In this document: piece by piece, positions 29,336-38,942 of the stretch
How the letters are laid out: every line of letters begins with the position of its first letter
Numbering within the stretch: position 1 is the stretch's first letter
Source of the DNA: Pseudomonadota bacterium
GTDB taxonomy: Bacteria > Myxococcota_A > UBA9160 > PR03
Reading direction: 5' to 3'
DNA length: 64,000 nt
Assembly: GCA_003576805.1 (NCBI GenBank)
Contig: QEVM01000002.1
Location: forward strand, 5,666 to 69,665
Translations under genes and position numbers: made by a program
Notes under the pieces: model-generated
Databases searched by the model: none
Seen by the model: the letters and a program-made list of their open reading frames with translations, nothing else
Told to the model about the DNA's origin: nothing

Positions 29336-29500
29336 TGGGGTTGCTCGTTCGTGCAAGCTTGGTGAAGGGCCCGCTCGCCTGCGGCTCGCTACGGCGGAAA
29401 CGGGCGCCTTTGCTTCGATCGTTGATTTGCCCTTCGTGTACGACCGCGAGCCTGATGGGTCGGCCCGCTCGCCTGCGGCTCGCTACGGCGGAAACGGGGC
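29336..29500. repeat. Array B of the same repeat family (degenerate tail plus one full unit plus one truncated unit)
   Basis: Cores at 29369-29405 and 29463-29499 match array A with 0-1 mismatches. The array fills the 186-bp gap between the DUF35 gene stop (29509) and the thiolase start (29322). Confidence 0.9.
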
Positions 29501-29508
29501 TGCGTGCG

Positions 29509-29919
29509 CTAGCGCGGCTCGAAGAAGTACGAGAGGTACGAGTTGCCCTCGCGGTCCTTGCGGCCGAGCGCGTCCTTGTAGACGACGCGCACGGGCATGC
29601 CGAACTGGATCTTCTTGGGATCGGGGTCGACGCCGATCAGGTTGCCCTTCACCGTGCCGCCGCCGTCGAGGTCGACGATCGCCGACACGTACGGCACCTG
29701 GATGCCGGGGAACGAGCGGCACACGATCGAGTAGACGTAGAGCTTGCCTTCGTTCGAGAGCTTGGTGGGCGCCAGCTTGCCGCGCGTGCCGCACTTCGAG
29801 CAGACGTCGCGCGCGCCCAGAAAGATGGACCCGCAGCTGCCGCACTTGTGCCCCTCGAGGTACGGGTCGCCGGACTCGGGGATCTTCAGGTAGTCGACGA
29901 CGGGCAGGGGATTGGACAT
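29509..29919 (-). CDS. Zn-ribbon plus OB-fold protein (DUF35 family), usual partner of SCP-x-type thiolases
   Basis: 136 aa. Rubredoxin-like CGSCGSIFLGARDVCSKCG followed by an OB-fold segment. Confidence 0.85.
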   Translation of the reverse strand: MSNPLPVVDYLKIPESGDPYLEGHKCGSCGSIFLGARDVCSKCGTRGKLAPTKLSNEGKLYVYSIVCRSFPGIQVPYVSAIVDLDGGGTVKGNLIGVDPDPKKIQFGMPVRVVYKDALGRKDREGNSYLSYFFEPR

Positions 29920-29953
29920 CGGGCGGGATTCTCCTTCTGGCTCGGGATGCGAT

Positions 29954-29967
29954 TGACTCGCGAGTCA
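29954..29967. promoter_or_regulatory. Perfect 14-bp palindrome TGACTCGCGAGTCA upstream of the DUF35-thiolase operon (candidate operator)
   Basis: Read directly from the sequence. It lies 35-48 bp upstream of the DUF35 ATG (29919). Confidence 0.3.
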
Positions 29968-30063
29968 GGGCTGCGGAGCATGCCAGCGACGAACGGCGGG
30001 CGCAACGTTCGACGGCGGCTCCCGCGCGCGCGAGCGAGGCGGCGGCGCCCGCGAGCGCGCCGC

Positions 30064-31395
30064 TCACGTCTCGACGGCGAACAGCTGCCAGGTTTCGGGG
30101 ACGCCCTTGAGCGCGTGCTCGCCGCGATCGCTGAAGCGGAGCCCGGAGCCCGCGACCAGCTCCTTCACGGTGCGCGACACGCGGACCTCGCCGCCGGGCG
30201 CCGACGCGGCGATGCGCGCGCCCACGTGGACGGCGAGGCCGGTGACCTTGTCGCCGACGAGCAGACACTCGCCGGTGTGGAGCCCTGCGCGGAGCGCGAC
30301 ACCCAGGCGGCTCACCCCGTCGCGCGCGGCGCACGCGCAGCGGATCGCACGCGCCGGGCCGTCGAACGCCGCCAGGAACCCGTCGCCCGCGGTGTCGACC
30401 TCGCGGCCCCCGAAGCGCGCGACCTCGCGGCGCAGGATCGCGTGATAGCTCGCGAGGACCTCGCTCCAGCGGCGGTCGCCGAGACGCGCCACGAGCGCCG
30501 TCGAATCGGTGAGATCGGTGAACAGCACGGTCGCGAGCACCCGATCGCGCTCCGCCACGGCAGGCGGCGTCTCGCCGGTCAGGAACTCCTGCACGGCGCG
30601 CAGGATGGGCTCGGGATCGCCGGTCCACGCGAAGTGGTCGGCGCCCGGCAGCTCGACGTAGCGCGCGCCCTCGATGTGCTCGGCCAGGTAGCGGCCCGCG
30701 GCGGCAGGGACGACGCGATCCTGCGCCCGGTGCAACACCAGCGTCGGCACGCGCACCGAGGGCAGCACGTCGCGCACGTCGGTGTCGGGGAGCGCGCCCA
30801 GCAGCGTGCGGATGCCGCCCGGGCTCACGGACAGCCGCTCGTAGCGGCTCCAGCGCTCGCGGAAGGTCGGGTCGTCGGCCTGCGACGGAGCGAACAGCGC
30901 CGCAGCGCTGCCGCGCCCCCAGCCCTCGACCACGCGCTCGACGAACGGGTCGAAGCGCTCGCGCGGGTGGCCCGCGGAGTAGCCGGGCTCGTTCACGAGC
31001 CGCGCGAAGGTGTTGCACAGGATCAGCGCGGAGGTCCGCTCGGGGTGGCTGGCCGCGAAGAGCGTGCACATCGGACCGCCTTCGGAGATGCCGAGCAGCG
31101 CTGCGCGCGACACGCCGGCGGCGTCGAGCACCGCGCGCACGTCGTCCATGCGCTCCTCGAGGTTCGGCAGTCGGGCGACGCGATCGGAGAGACCGGTGCC
31201 GCGCCGGTCGAGCAGGATCAGGCGACTGAACGCGGCGAGTCGACGCAGAAAGGCCGCGACGTCCGGCTCCTCCCACGCGTGTTCGACGTGGGACACCCAG
31301 CCCGGCACGACGACCAGATCCACCGGCCCGCCGCCGACGACCTGGTAGGCGATGCTGAGGTCGCCGCTCCTCGCGTAGCGTGTCTCGATGGCCAA
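30064..31395 (-). CDS. Alpha/beta-hydrolase fused to a class III adenylate/guanylate cyclase domain (LipJ-like architecture)
   Basis: 443 aa. N-terminal alpha/beta-hydrolase fold (LGISEGGPM nucleophile elbow). C-terminal cyclase VLFTDLTDSTALVARLGD...DTAGDGFLAAFDG...LRAGLHTGE. Confidence 0.85.
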   Translation of the reverse strand: MAIETRYARSGDLSIAYQVVGGGPVDLVVVPGWVSHVEHAWEEPDVAAFLRRLAAFSRLILLDRRGTGLSDRVARLPNLEERMDDVRAVLDAAGVSRAALLGISEGGPMCTLFAASHPERTSALILCNTFARLVNEPGYSAGHPRERFDPFVERVVEGWGRGSAAALFAPSQADDPTFRERWSRYERLSVSPGGIRTLLGALPDTDVRDVLPSVRVPTLVLHRAQDRVVPAAAGRYLAEHIEGARYVELPGADHFAWTGDPEPILRAVQEFLTGETPPAVAERDRVLATVLFTDLTDSTALVARLGDRRWSEVLASYHAILRREVARFGGREVDTAGDGFLAAFDGPARAIRCACAARDGVSRLGVALRAGLHTGECLLVGDKVTGLAVHVGARIAASAPGGEVRVSRTVKELVAGSGLRFSDRGEHALKGVPETWQLFAVET

Positions 31396-31441
31396 AGCGG
31401 CCGCATCCTAGTGACTCCGGCGCGCGCGCGTCCAGCGCTCG

Positions 31442-32875
31442 TCACGACGGCGTCTGCACCGTCCTCGCGGCGAGCACCGTCTTCCAGCGTCCGGTGCGGT
31501 AGCGATACGTCAGCAGGATCGCCTTCACGACGTAGTCGCCGATCAGCGCGGCGAAGATCCACTCGACCGAGAGGCCGCGCCACGCGAAGAGCGCGGCGAG
31601 CGTGACGCGCGCGCCGAGCAGCCCGCACGCGACCGCGAAGAGCGGGAAGCGCGTGTCGCCCGCGCCGCGCAGCGCGCCGCCCATCGCGTACTCGATCGCC
31701 ATCAGCGGCTGCACCGAGCCGAGGATGTAGATGAAGACGACGGTGAGCCGCACGACCTCCGGGTCGTCGATCATGAAGCGCGCGAGCGGCTCGGCGGCGA
31801 GCACGATCGCGAGCCCGAACGCGGCCTGCGCCGCGAGCGCGCCGCGCAGCGCGCGCCAGCCGCTGCGCACCGCGCCCTCGGGATCGCCCGCGCCGAGGTG
31901 CTGGCCGACCAGCGTCGAGGCGGCGATCGAGAAGCCCCAGCCGACCAGGAACGAGAACGCGAGGATCGCGACGCCGATGCCGTAGGCAGCGTAGGGCGCC
32001 GTGCCGTAGAGCGACACGATCCAGAGGAACGCGAGGAAGCCCACCTGCCACACCAGCTGCTCGAGGCCGGCGGGGTAGCCGATGTCGAGGATGCGCCGCA
32101 CGCGCGGCCGCTCCCACACGTCGGGCGGGCCGACCTGCAGCACGAGCAGCCCGCGCCACCAGAGCAGCACCAGCGCGAGTGCGCCGGCGGTGAAGGCGAT
32201 GCCGCTCGCGATCGCCGCGCCCTTCACGCCCAGCGCCGGCAGCCCGAAGCGCCCGTACACCAGCCCGTACACGAGCCCGATGTTGAGCACGTTGGTGAAC
32301 GCGCCGATCGCGAGCGGCGTGCGCGTGTCGCCGGCCGCGCGCAGCGCCGAGCCGAGCGCGAAGTGCACCGCGAAGGCGATCTGGAAGGGCGCGAGCCAGC
32401 GGATGAACTCCGCGGCGAGGTCGATCGTGCCCGGCTCCAGGCGGAACACGCCGGCGAGCGCGTGCGGCAGCGCGAAGGCCGGCACGCTCACGACCAGCGC
32501 GATCGCGGTGCAAAGGCCGAGCGACGCCTTCGTCACGCGCTCGGCCTCGGCGCGGTCGCCGCCGCCCCACGCGCGTGCGACCAGCGCCGTCGTGCCGGCC
32601 GTCACCGCGATCAGCAGCGCCTGGAGCACGAAGTAGATGCGGCTGCCGGTCGTGACGGCCGCGACCGCCGGTGCGCCGAGCGAGCCGACGATCTTGGTGT
32701 CCACGAAGCCCACCAGCGAGGTCAGCAGGTTCGTCAGGATCGCCGGCCACGCGAGCTGCCAGATGCCGAGCGGCACGATCGGCGCGAGCGCCACGGCGGC
32801 GGCGGCCGAAGCCGCGCGCGCGGGCGGATCGCTCTCCGCGGGCGGAGGCGCGGCGGACCCGGGCGCTTCGCTCAC
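31442..32875 (-). CDS. MATE family efflux transporter
   Basis: Has IWQLAWPAILTNLLTSLVGFVDTKIVGSLG and a 12-TM MATE pattern. I place the start at GTG 32875, overlapping the PhyH stop (GTGA). The start is uncertain. Confidence 0.85.
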   Translation of the reverse strand: MSEAPGSAAPPPAESDPPARAASAAAAVALAPIVPLGIWQLAWPAILTNLLTSLVGFVDTKIVGSLGAPAVAAVTTGSRIYFVLQALLIAVTAGTTALVARAWGGGDRAEAERVTKASLGLCTAIALVVSVPAFALPHALAGVFRLEPGTIDLAAEFIRWLAPFQIAFAVHFALGSALRAAGDTRTPLAIGAFTNVLNIGLVYGLVYGRFGLPALGVKGAAIASGIAFTAGALALVLLWWRGLLVLQVGPPDVWERPRVRRILDIGYPAGLEQLVWQVGFLAFLWIVSLYGTAPYAAYGIGVAILAFSFLVGWGFSIAASTLVGQHLGAGDPEGAVRSGWRALRGALAAQAAFGLAIVLAAEPLARFMIDDPEVVRLTVVFIYILGSVQPLMAIEYAMGGALRGAGDTRFPLFAVACGLLGARVTLAALFAWRGLSVEWIFAALIGDYVVKAILLTYRYRTGRWKTVLAARTVQTPS

Positions 32876-33606
32876 GCCCGGCCCGCGATCATCCAGGAGT
32901 GGGGATCCTCGAGGACGGGCCGGTTGCCCTCCGACGCCATCTTCACGTGCGGATGGCAGTAGCGGACGAAGAGGCCCGGGCGCGGCGACGCCGAGTGGTT
33001 GGGGCCCGAGCGGTGCAGCGTGAGCCCCGTGAACGCGACGCCTTCGCCGGCGCGCATCGGCAGCGCGATCGCGTCCGCGCCCGCGGCGGCTTCGCGCAAC
33101 AGCGGATTCACCGCCGCGCGGCCGTGCTCGAGCAGCCCGCGCGCGTGCGAGCGCGGCACGACCCACAAGCAGCCGTTCGTCTCGTCGACGTCCACGAGCG
33201 CGACCCAGAGCGTCAAGTCGTGCGGCGGATCGAGCCGCCCGTAGCCGTCGTCCTGGTGGAACGGGATGTCGCTGCGCTGCTCGGCGCGGTCGGGCAGCTT
33301 GGTGACGAACTGCTGGTGCGTGAGGCAGACGTCGGGGCCGAGCAGCTGCACCACCGCGGGCACGTGGCGCCCCTGCGTGCAGAAACGCCGCACCGGCTCG
33401 GAGCGGTGGCAGAGCTGGACGTTCACGAAGAGCGTCTGGTTCGCCGGACCGCCGTACGCGACCGAGAGCCGGAAGCGCTCCTCCTCGGCGCGCAGCGCCG
33501 CGAGCTCGGCGTCGCCGAGCACCGGGCCGAGCGGCAGGAAGCCCTCCTCGCGATAGCGCGCGATCTGCTCGGGCGTGAGCGGGGGGAGGGCCGACATCGC
33601 GCGCAT
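32872..33606 (-). CDS. Phytanoyl-CoA dioxygenase (PhyH) family Fe(II)/2-oxoglutarate oxygenase
   Basis: Has LTPEQIARYREEGFLPLGPVL, the facial triad context IPFHQDDGY, and LTLHRSGPN. The start is ATG 33606 or 33597. Confidence 0.8.
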   Translation of the reverse strand: MRAMSALPPLTPEQIARYREEGFLPLGPVLGDAELAALRAEEERFRLSVAYGGPANQTLFVNVQLCHRSEPVRRFCTQGRHVPAVVQLLGPDVCLTHQQFVTKLPDRAEQRSDIPFHQDDGYGRLDPPHDLTLWVALVDVDETNGCLWVVPRSHARGLLEHGRAAVNPLLREAAAGADAIALPMRAGEGVAFTGLTLHRSGPNHSASPRPGLFVRYCHPHVKMASEGNRPVLEDPHSWMIAGRA

Positions 33607-33658
33607 CTTAGCCTCGGCTCGGATAGGCTTGCCGCGGGCGTTCGAAGAGGAGAATGCG

Positions 33659-34147
33659 ATGCCTTCGCTGCACGACTTCCAGGCGCGCGCCATCGGCGGC
33701 GAGGAGCGCTCGCTGCGCGAGTTCGCGGGCAAGGCGGCGCTCGTCGTCAACGTCGCGTCGAAGTGCGGCCTGACGCCGCAGTACGCCGGGCTGCAGAAGC
33801 TCTACGAGACGTACCGCGCGCGCGGCTTCGAGGTGCTCGGCTTCCCGTGCAACCAGTTCGCGGGCCAGGAGCCCGGCAGCGACGCCGAGGTGCAGCAGTT
33901 CTGCGAGCGCAGCTTCGGCGTCGGCTTCCCGCTGTTCTCCAAGATCGACGTCAACGGCCCGCAGCAGCACCCGCTCTACGCGTGGCTGACGTCGCTGGAC
34001 GCGCAGCCGGAGGGCGCGGGCGACGTCAAATGGAACTTCGGGAAGTTCGTGGTCGGGCGCGACGGCGCGGTGGTCGCGCGCTTCGCGCCGCCGACCGCGC
34101 CCGACGATCCCGCGCTCGTCGCCGCGATCGAGAAGGCGCTGGGCTGA
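33659..34147 (+). CDS. gpx: Glutathione peroxidase (Cys type, BtuE-like)
   Basis: ATG at 33659 with SD GAAGAGGAG. Motifs VVNVASKCGLTPQY, LGFPCNQFAGQEPG and WNFGKFVV. Confidence 0.93.
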   Translation: MPSLHDFQARAIGGEERSLREFAGKAALVVNVASKCGLTPQYAGLQKLYETYRARGFEVLGFPCNQFAGQEPGSDAEVQQFCERSFGVGFPLFSKIDVNGPQQHPLYAWLTSLDAQPEGAGDVKWNFGKFVVGRDGAVVARFAPPTAPDDPALVAAIEKALG

Positions 34148-34158
34148 GGCACGCCCGC

Positions 34159-34518
34159 TTGCCCGAAGCGCAGGGAACGGCGCTCTGCCGCGCCGACGAG
34201 ATCGCCGACGGCGCGGCGCGCGGCTTCGCGATCGGGCCGCGCCGGCTGCGCATCTTCGTCGCGCGCCGCGGCGGCGCGCTGTACGCCTACGTGAACCGTT
34301 GCCCGCACGTCGGCACGCCGCTCGACTGGGCGCCCGACGAGTTCTTCGACCGCGAGCGGCGCCATCTCGTGTGCGCGACGCACGGCGCGCTCTTCCGCGT
34401 CGAGGACGGCGAGTGCATCGCCGGCCCGTGCCAGGGCGACCGCCTCGAGCCGTTCCCGATCGCGGTGCGCGACGGCGTCGTCGTCGCCTTCGACGAGCTC
34501 GCCGCCGACTTCGAGTGA
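34159..34518 (+). CDS. Small Rieske [2Fe-2S] domain protein
   Basis: CPHVG...CATHGALF is the CxH...CxxH pattern. The TTG start at 34159 is inferred and uncertain. Confidence 0.75.
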   Translation: MPEAQGTALCRADEIADGAARGFAIGPRRLRIFVARRGGALYAYVNRCPHVGTPLDWAPDEFFDRERRHLVCATHGALFRVEDGECIAGPCQGDRLEPFPIAVRDGVVVAFDELAADFE

Positions 34519-34573
34519 CGCCGCGCGTGAGCTAGGGTCGCCGCTTCCCCTCCATCGTTTTCGAGGAGACGCC

Positions 34574-35056
34574 ATGGCGATCCAGGTCGGAGAGAAGCTG
34601 CCCGCCGCCACGTTCCAGGTGCCGACCGCGGGCGGCATCGAGGCCCGCACCACCGAGCAGCTCTTCGCGGGCAAGAAGGTCGTGCTGTTCTCGGTGCCCG
34701 GCGCGTTCACGCCCACCTGCTCCGCGAAGCACCTGCCGGGCTTCGTGCAGAAGGCGGACGAGATCCGTGCCAAGGGAATCGACGCGATCGTGTGTCTGGC
34801 GGTGAACGACGCCTTCGTGATGGGCGCCTGGGCGAAGGACCAGAACGTCGGCGACCGCGTGATCATGGCCGCGGACGGCAACGGCGCCTTCGCGAAGGCG
34901 CTCGGCCTCGACTTCGACGGCGCGCGCTTCGGCATGGGGCTGCGCTCGCAGCGCTTCGCGCTCGTCGCCGACGACGGCGTCGTCACCCACCTCGCCGTCG
35001 AGGCGCCGGGCAAGTTCGAGGTGTCGAGCGCGGAGGCGGTGCTGGCGAAGCTCTAG
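34574..35056 (+). CDS. Peroxiredoxin, Prx5 subfamily
   Basis: 160 aa. FSVPGAFTPTCSAKHLPGF is the Prx5 peroxidatic-Cys motif. Confidence 0.92.
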   Translation: MAIQVGEKLPAATFQVPTAGGIEARTTEQLFAGKKVVLFSVPGAFTPTCSAKHLPGFVQKADEIRAKGIDAIVCLAVNDAFVMGAWAKDQNVGDRVIMAADGNGAFAKALGLDFDGARFGMGLRSQRFALVADDGVVTHLAVEAPGKFEVSSAEAVLAKL

Positions 35057-35775
35057 TGGCGTCGCGCGACGGCCGCGAGCGCGAGCAGCGCGCCGCCGCC
35101 CGCCGCGAGCGCGCCCGGCTCGGGCAGCGTCGCGAGCAGCCACTGGTACGAGTTCTGCGCCGTGCCGCCGCACTGACAGGTGCGCGGCGTGTCCTCGCCG
35201 CAGTCGCCCGTCTCGTCGAGGAACTGCTTGGGCAGCGGCCCGTCGAGATAGGTCATCACGTCCGCCGCGAGCAGCACGCGGTCGAGCCCGAGCAGCGCGC
35301 CGGCCGCCTGCGCTGCGTTCCAGCAGATGTCGAGCGGCGCGTCGCCCAAGAGGTTCGCGAACGCGAACGCGACGCCGTTGGCGATCACGCGGTCGCCGGC
35401 GCACGTGATCGGCGACACGTTGCCGACGCCCGCCGGGAGCCCGATCTGCTGCGGCGTCCCCGCGACCGCGATCTCGAGGTGGCCGGCCTCGCCCGGGTCG
35501 ACGTCCGTCACGACGGCGTCGAACGGCGCGAAGGCGTCCTGCACGCAGGCGACGACGGCGTCCCAGCTCGCGTCGCCGTGCGCGAAGGCGGACACGACGC
35601 TCGTCGCATCGACCACGCTCGACGCGTTCGTGCGCGCGTCGTCCGGGCCCGCCGTGTACGCGCAGCCCGCGCTGCAGCGGTCGAGGAAGATCGCGGTCGT
35701 CGCGCGCGCGTCGCCGGCGGCGGCGAGCGCCAGCAGCGCCGCCGCGAGCGCCGCGCACGTCCGGGGTTCGATCAC
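35053..35775 (-). CDS. Cys-rich secreted PEP-CTERM-anchored protein, function unknown
   Basis: Signal peptide MIEPRTCAALAAALLALAAAGDARA. C-terminus LPEPGALAAGGGALLALAAVARRH. Confidence 0.6.
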   Translation of the reverse strand: MIEPRTCAALAAALLALAAAGDARATTAIFLDRCSAGCAYTAGPDDARTNASSVVDATSVVSAFAHGDASWDAVVACVQDAFAPFDAVVTDVDPGEAGHLEIAVAGTPQQIGLPAGVGNVSPITCAGDRVIANGVAFAFANLLGDAPLDICWNAAQAAGALLGLDRVLLAADVMTYLDGPLPKQFLDETGDCGEDTPRTCQCGGTAQNSYQWLLATLPEPGALAAGGGALLALAAVARRH

Positions 35776-35790
35776 GACGTTCTCCTAGTG

Positions 35791-36986
<1,196 letters not shown>

Positions 36987-36990
<4 letters not shown>

Positions 36991-37640
36991 GCGAAGAGCG
37001 CGCCTCCGAAGCGGTCGCCGAACGCCATGCCGTCGAGCGCGCGGCGCGTCAGCGGTCCGTGGCCCTTGCTCGCCGGCCAGCCGATCGGCACGAACGCGGC
37101 CGTCGCCCACGGCTGCGGGATCTCGAGCAGCGCGATCACCTCGCGCTCGGCCTTGCACAGCAGCGTCGTCAGCACGCAGCCGAGCCCCTCGTTGCGGCAC
37201 GCGAGGAGCAGGTTCTGCACCGCGGGATAGATCGACGCGCCGCCCACCACCGAGGGGCGCCCGAGCCCCTCGTCCGTGATCGCCATGCGGCGCACGTCGA
37301 ACACGAAGACCGCGATCACCGGCGACACGTCGAGGTGTGCGGCGAGGTGGTTCGCCGCGCCGAGCATGCGGTCGCGCTTGGCGGCGGCCTCGCCCGTCAG
37401 CCCGCGCGACGCCTCCATGTACTCCTTCGAGTACTCCTGCCAGAGCGGCAGGTAGAGGTCGCGCAGCGCGCGGCGCTTGGCGGCGTCGCGCACGACGACA
37501 ATCCGCCACGGCTGTGCGTTGCCGCCGGTCGGGCCCCACGTCGCCGCCTCGAGCACGCGCCGCAGCACGTCGTCGGGAATGGGATCCGGCTTGTGCCGCC
37601 GCACCGCGCGCGTGGTGCGCATCGCCTCGTAGAGATCCAT
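36987..37640 (-). CDS. Nitroreductase family protein
   Basis: ATG at 37640 gives [46 protein letters not shown]. Its stop overlaps the ACAD start (ATGA). Confidence 0.85.
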
Positions 37641-37725
37641 CGCTCGCCCCCTCCTCGGCCGCTCGGGGAGCGCGAGCATACAACGCCGGCGCGAACGCCC
37701 TTGACCCGACCCCACCGCCGCACGC

Positions 37726-38886
37726 ATGCTGCGCGCCATGCGAAGCGCCGCGTTGCTCGCTCTCGCCGTCGTCGCGACCGCGGCTCCGCCCGGCGCCGCC
37801 GCGATCTTCGTCAACGAGATCATGGCCAGCCCGGGAGCGGCGGACTGGAACCAGGACGGCGTCGCGGACGCGCTCGCGGACGAGTACGTCGAGATCGTGA
37901 ACCGCGGCGCGCGCGAGGTGGACGTCGGCGGCTGGACGCTCTCCGACGAGGTCGGCGTGCGCCACGTGATCGCGTTCTTCACGATTCTGCGTCCGGGCGG
38001 CGCGCTCGTGGTGTTCGGCGGCGGAAGCCCGGCGGGCCTCCCCGGCTTCGCGGTCGCCGCTTCGACCGGCGCGCTCGGGCTGAACAACGCGGGCGACACG
38101 CTCGAGCTCCACGACGGGACGGCCGTCGTCGACAGCGTGGCGTACGGGTCCGCCACGGCGGGCGTCTCGTGGAACCGCGCGCCCGACGCGGAAGCGTCGG
38201 CTCCGCTCGCGCTGCACGACGCGGTCCCCGGCGCGGTCGGCGACGGCTCGCCCGGGCGCGGTGCGGATCAGGCCGAGTTCCAGGCGCCGCCGCTCTCGCT
38301 GCCGTTCATCAACGAGTGGCTGCCGCGCCCGCTGACGCTCGCGAACGACTGGAACGGCGACGGCGTCGCAGACGACCTCGGCGACGAGTTCGTGGAGATC
38401 GTGAACCCCGCGGACGGCACGACGATCGACCTCGAAGGCTGGACGCTGCGCGACGCGGCGACGCCGTATCACACGTTCGCGCCGGGCACGTTGCTCGCGC
38501 CGGGCGCGTCGATCGTGGTGGTCGCGGGCGTGCCGGCCGGCATCCCCGGTCTCGCGGTGCAGGGCATCAGTTGGGGCAACATCAGCAACAGCCTCGAGGA
38601 CCTCTACCTCGCCGACGAGCAAGGCGACCTCGTCAGCCACGTGCGCCACGACGGCCAGACCGCCGACATCGCGTGGAACCGCGATCCCGACGCGTCGCCG
38701 AGCACGCCGTTCTTCGCGCTGCACTACGACGTCTCGCCCGGCCATCTCTTCTCGTCGCCGGGCCGCGCGGCGGACGGCACGCCGTTTCCGACGCCGGAGC
38801 CGCACGGCGCGCCGCTCGCGGCGGCGCTGGCGCTGGGCGCGCTCGCGAGGCGGCGCGCGCGGAGGCGGATCCGCATTCGCGCGTGA
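37726..38886 (+). CDS. Secreted protein with two lamin-tail (LTD) domains and a PEP-CTERM anchor
   Basis: Signal peptide present. There are two copies of the pattern (I/F)(V/I)NE...DEYVEIVN...(V/I)DLxGWTLxD. C-terminus [27 protein letters not shown]. Confidence 0.75.
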   Translation: MLRAMRSAALLALAVVATAAPPGAAAIFVNEIMASPGAADWNQDGVADALADEYVEIVNRGAREVDVGGWTLSDEVGVRHVIAFFTILRPGGALVVFGGGSPAGLPGFAVAASTGALGLNNAGDTLELHDGTAVVDSVAYGSATAGVSWNRAPDAEASAPLALHDAVPGAVGDGSPGRGADQAEFQAPPLSLPFINEWLPRPLTLANDWNGDGVADDLGDEFVEIVNPADGTTIDLEGWTLRDAATPYHTFAPGTLLAPGASIVVVAGVPAGIPGLAVQGISWGNISNSLEDLYLADEQGDLVSHVRHDGQTADIAWNRDPDASPSTPFFALHYDVSPGHLFSSPGRAADGTPFPTPEPHGAPLAAALALGALARRRARRRIRIRA

Positions 38887-38942
38887 GGCGGCGCCGCGCA
38901 GCACGGCGCCCCGGGCGTGCGGCGTCTAAGCTGACCCTTCCG

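Noticed and set aside
27784-31605. 1273-aa plus-strand ORF that reads through the repeat arrays, giving repeated peptides GPLACGSLRRKRA and SARSPAARYGG.
   Set aside because: The peptide repeats are only the translation of the DNA repeat. The rest of the ORF is antisense to the thiolase, DUF35 and cyclase genes and looks like shadow-frame sequence.
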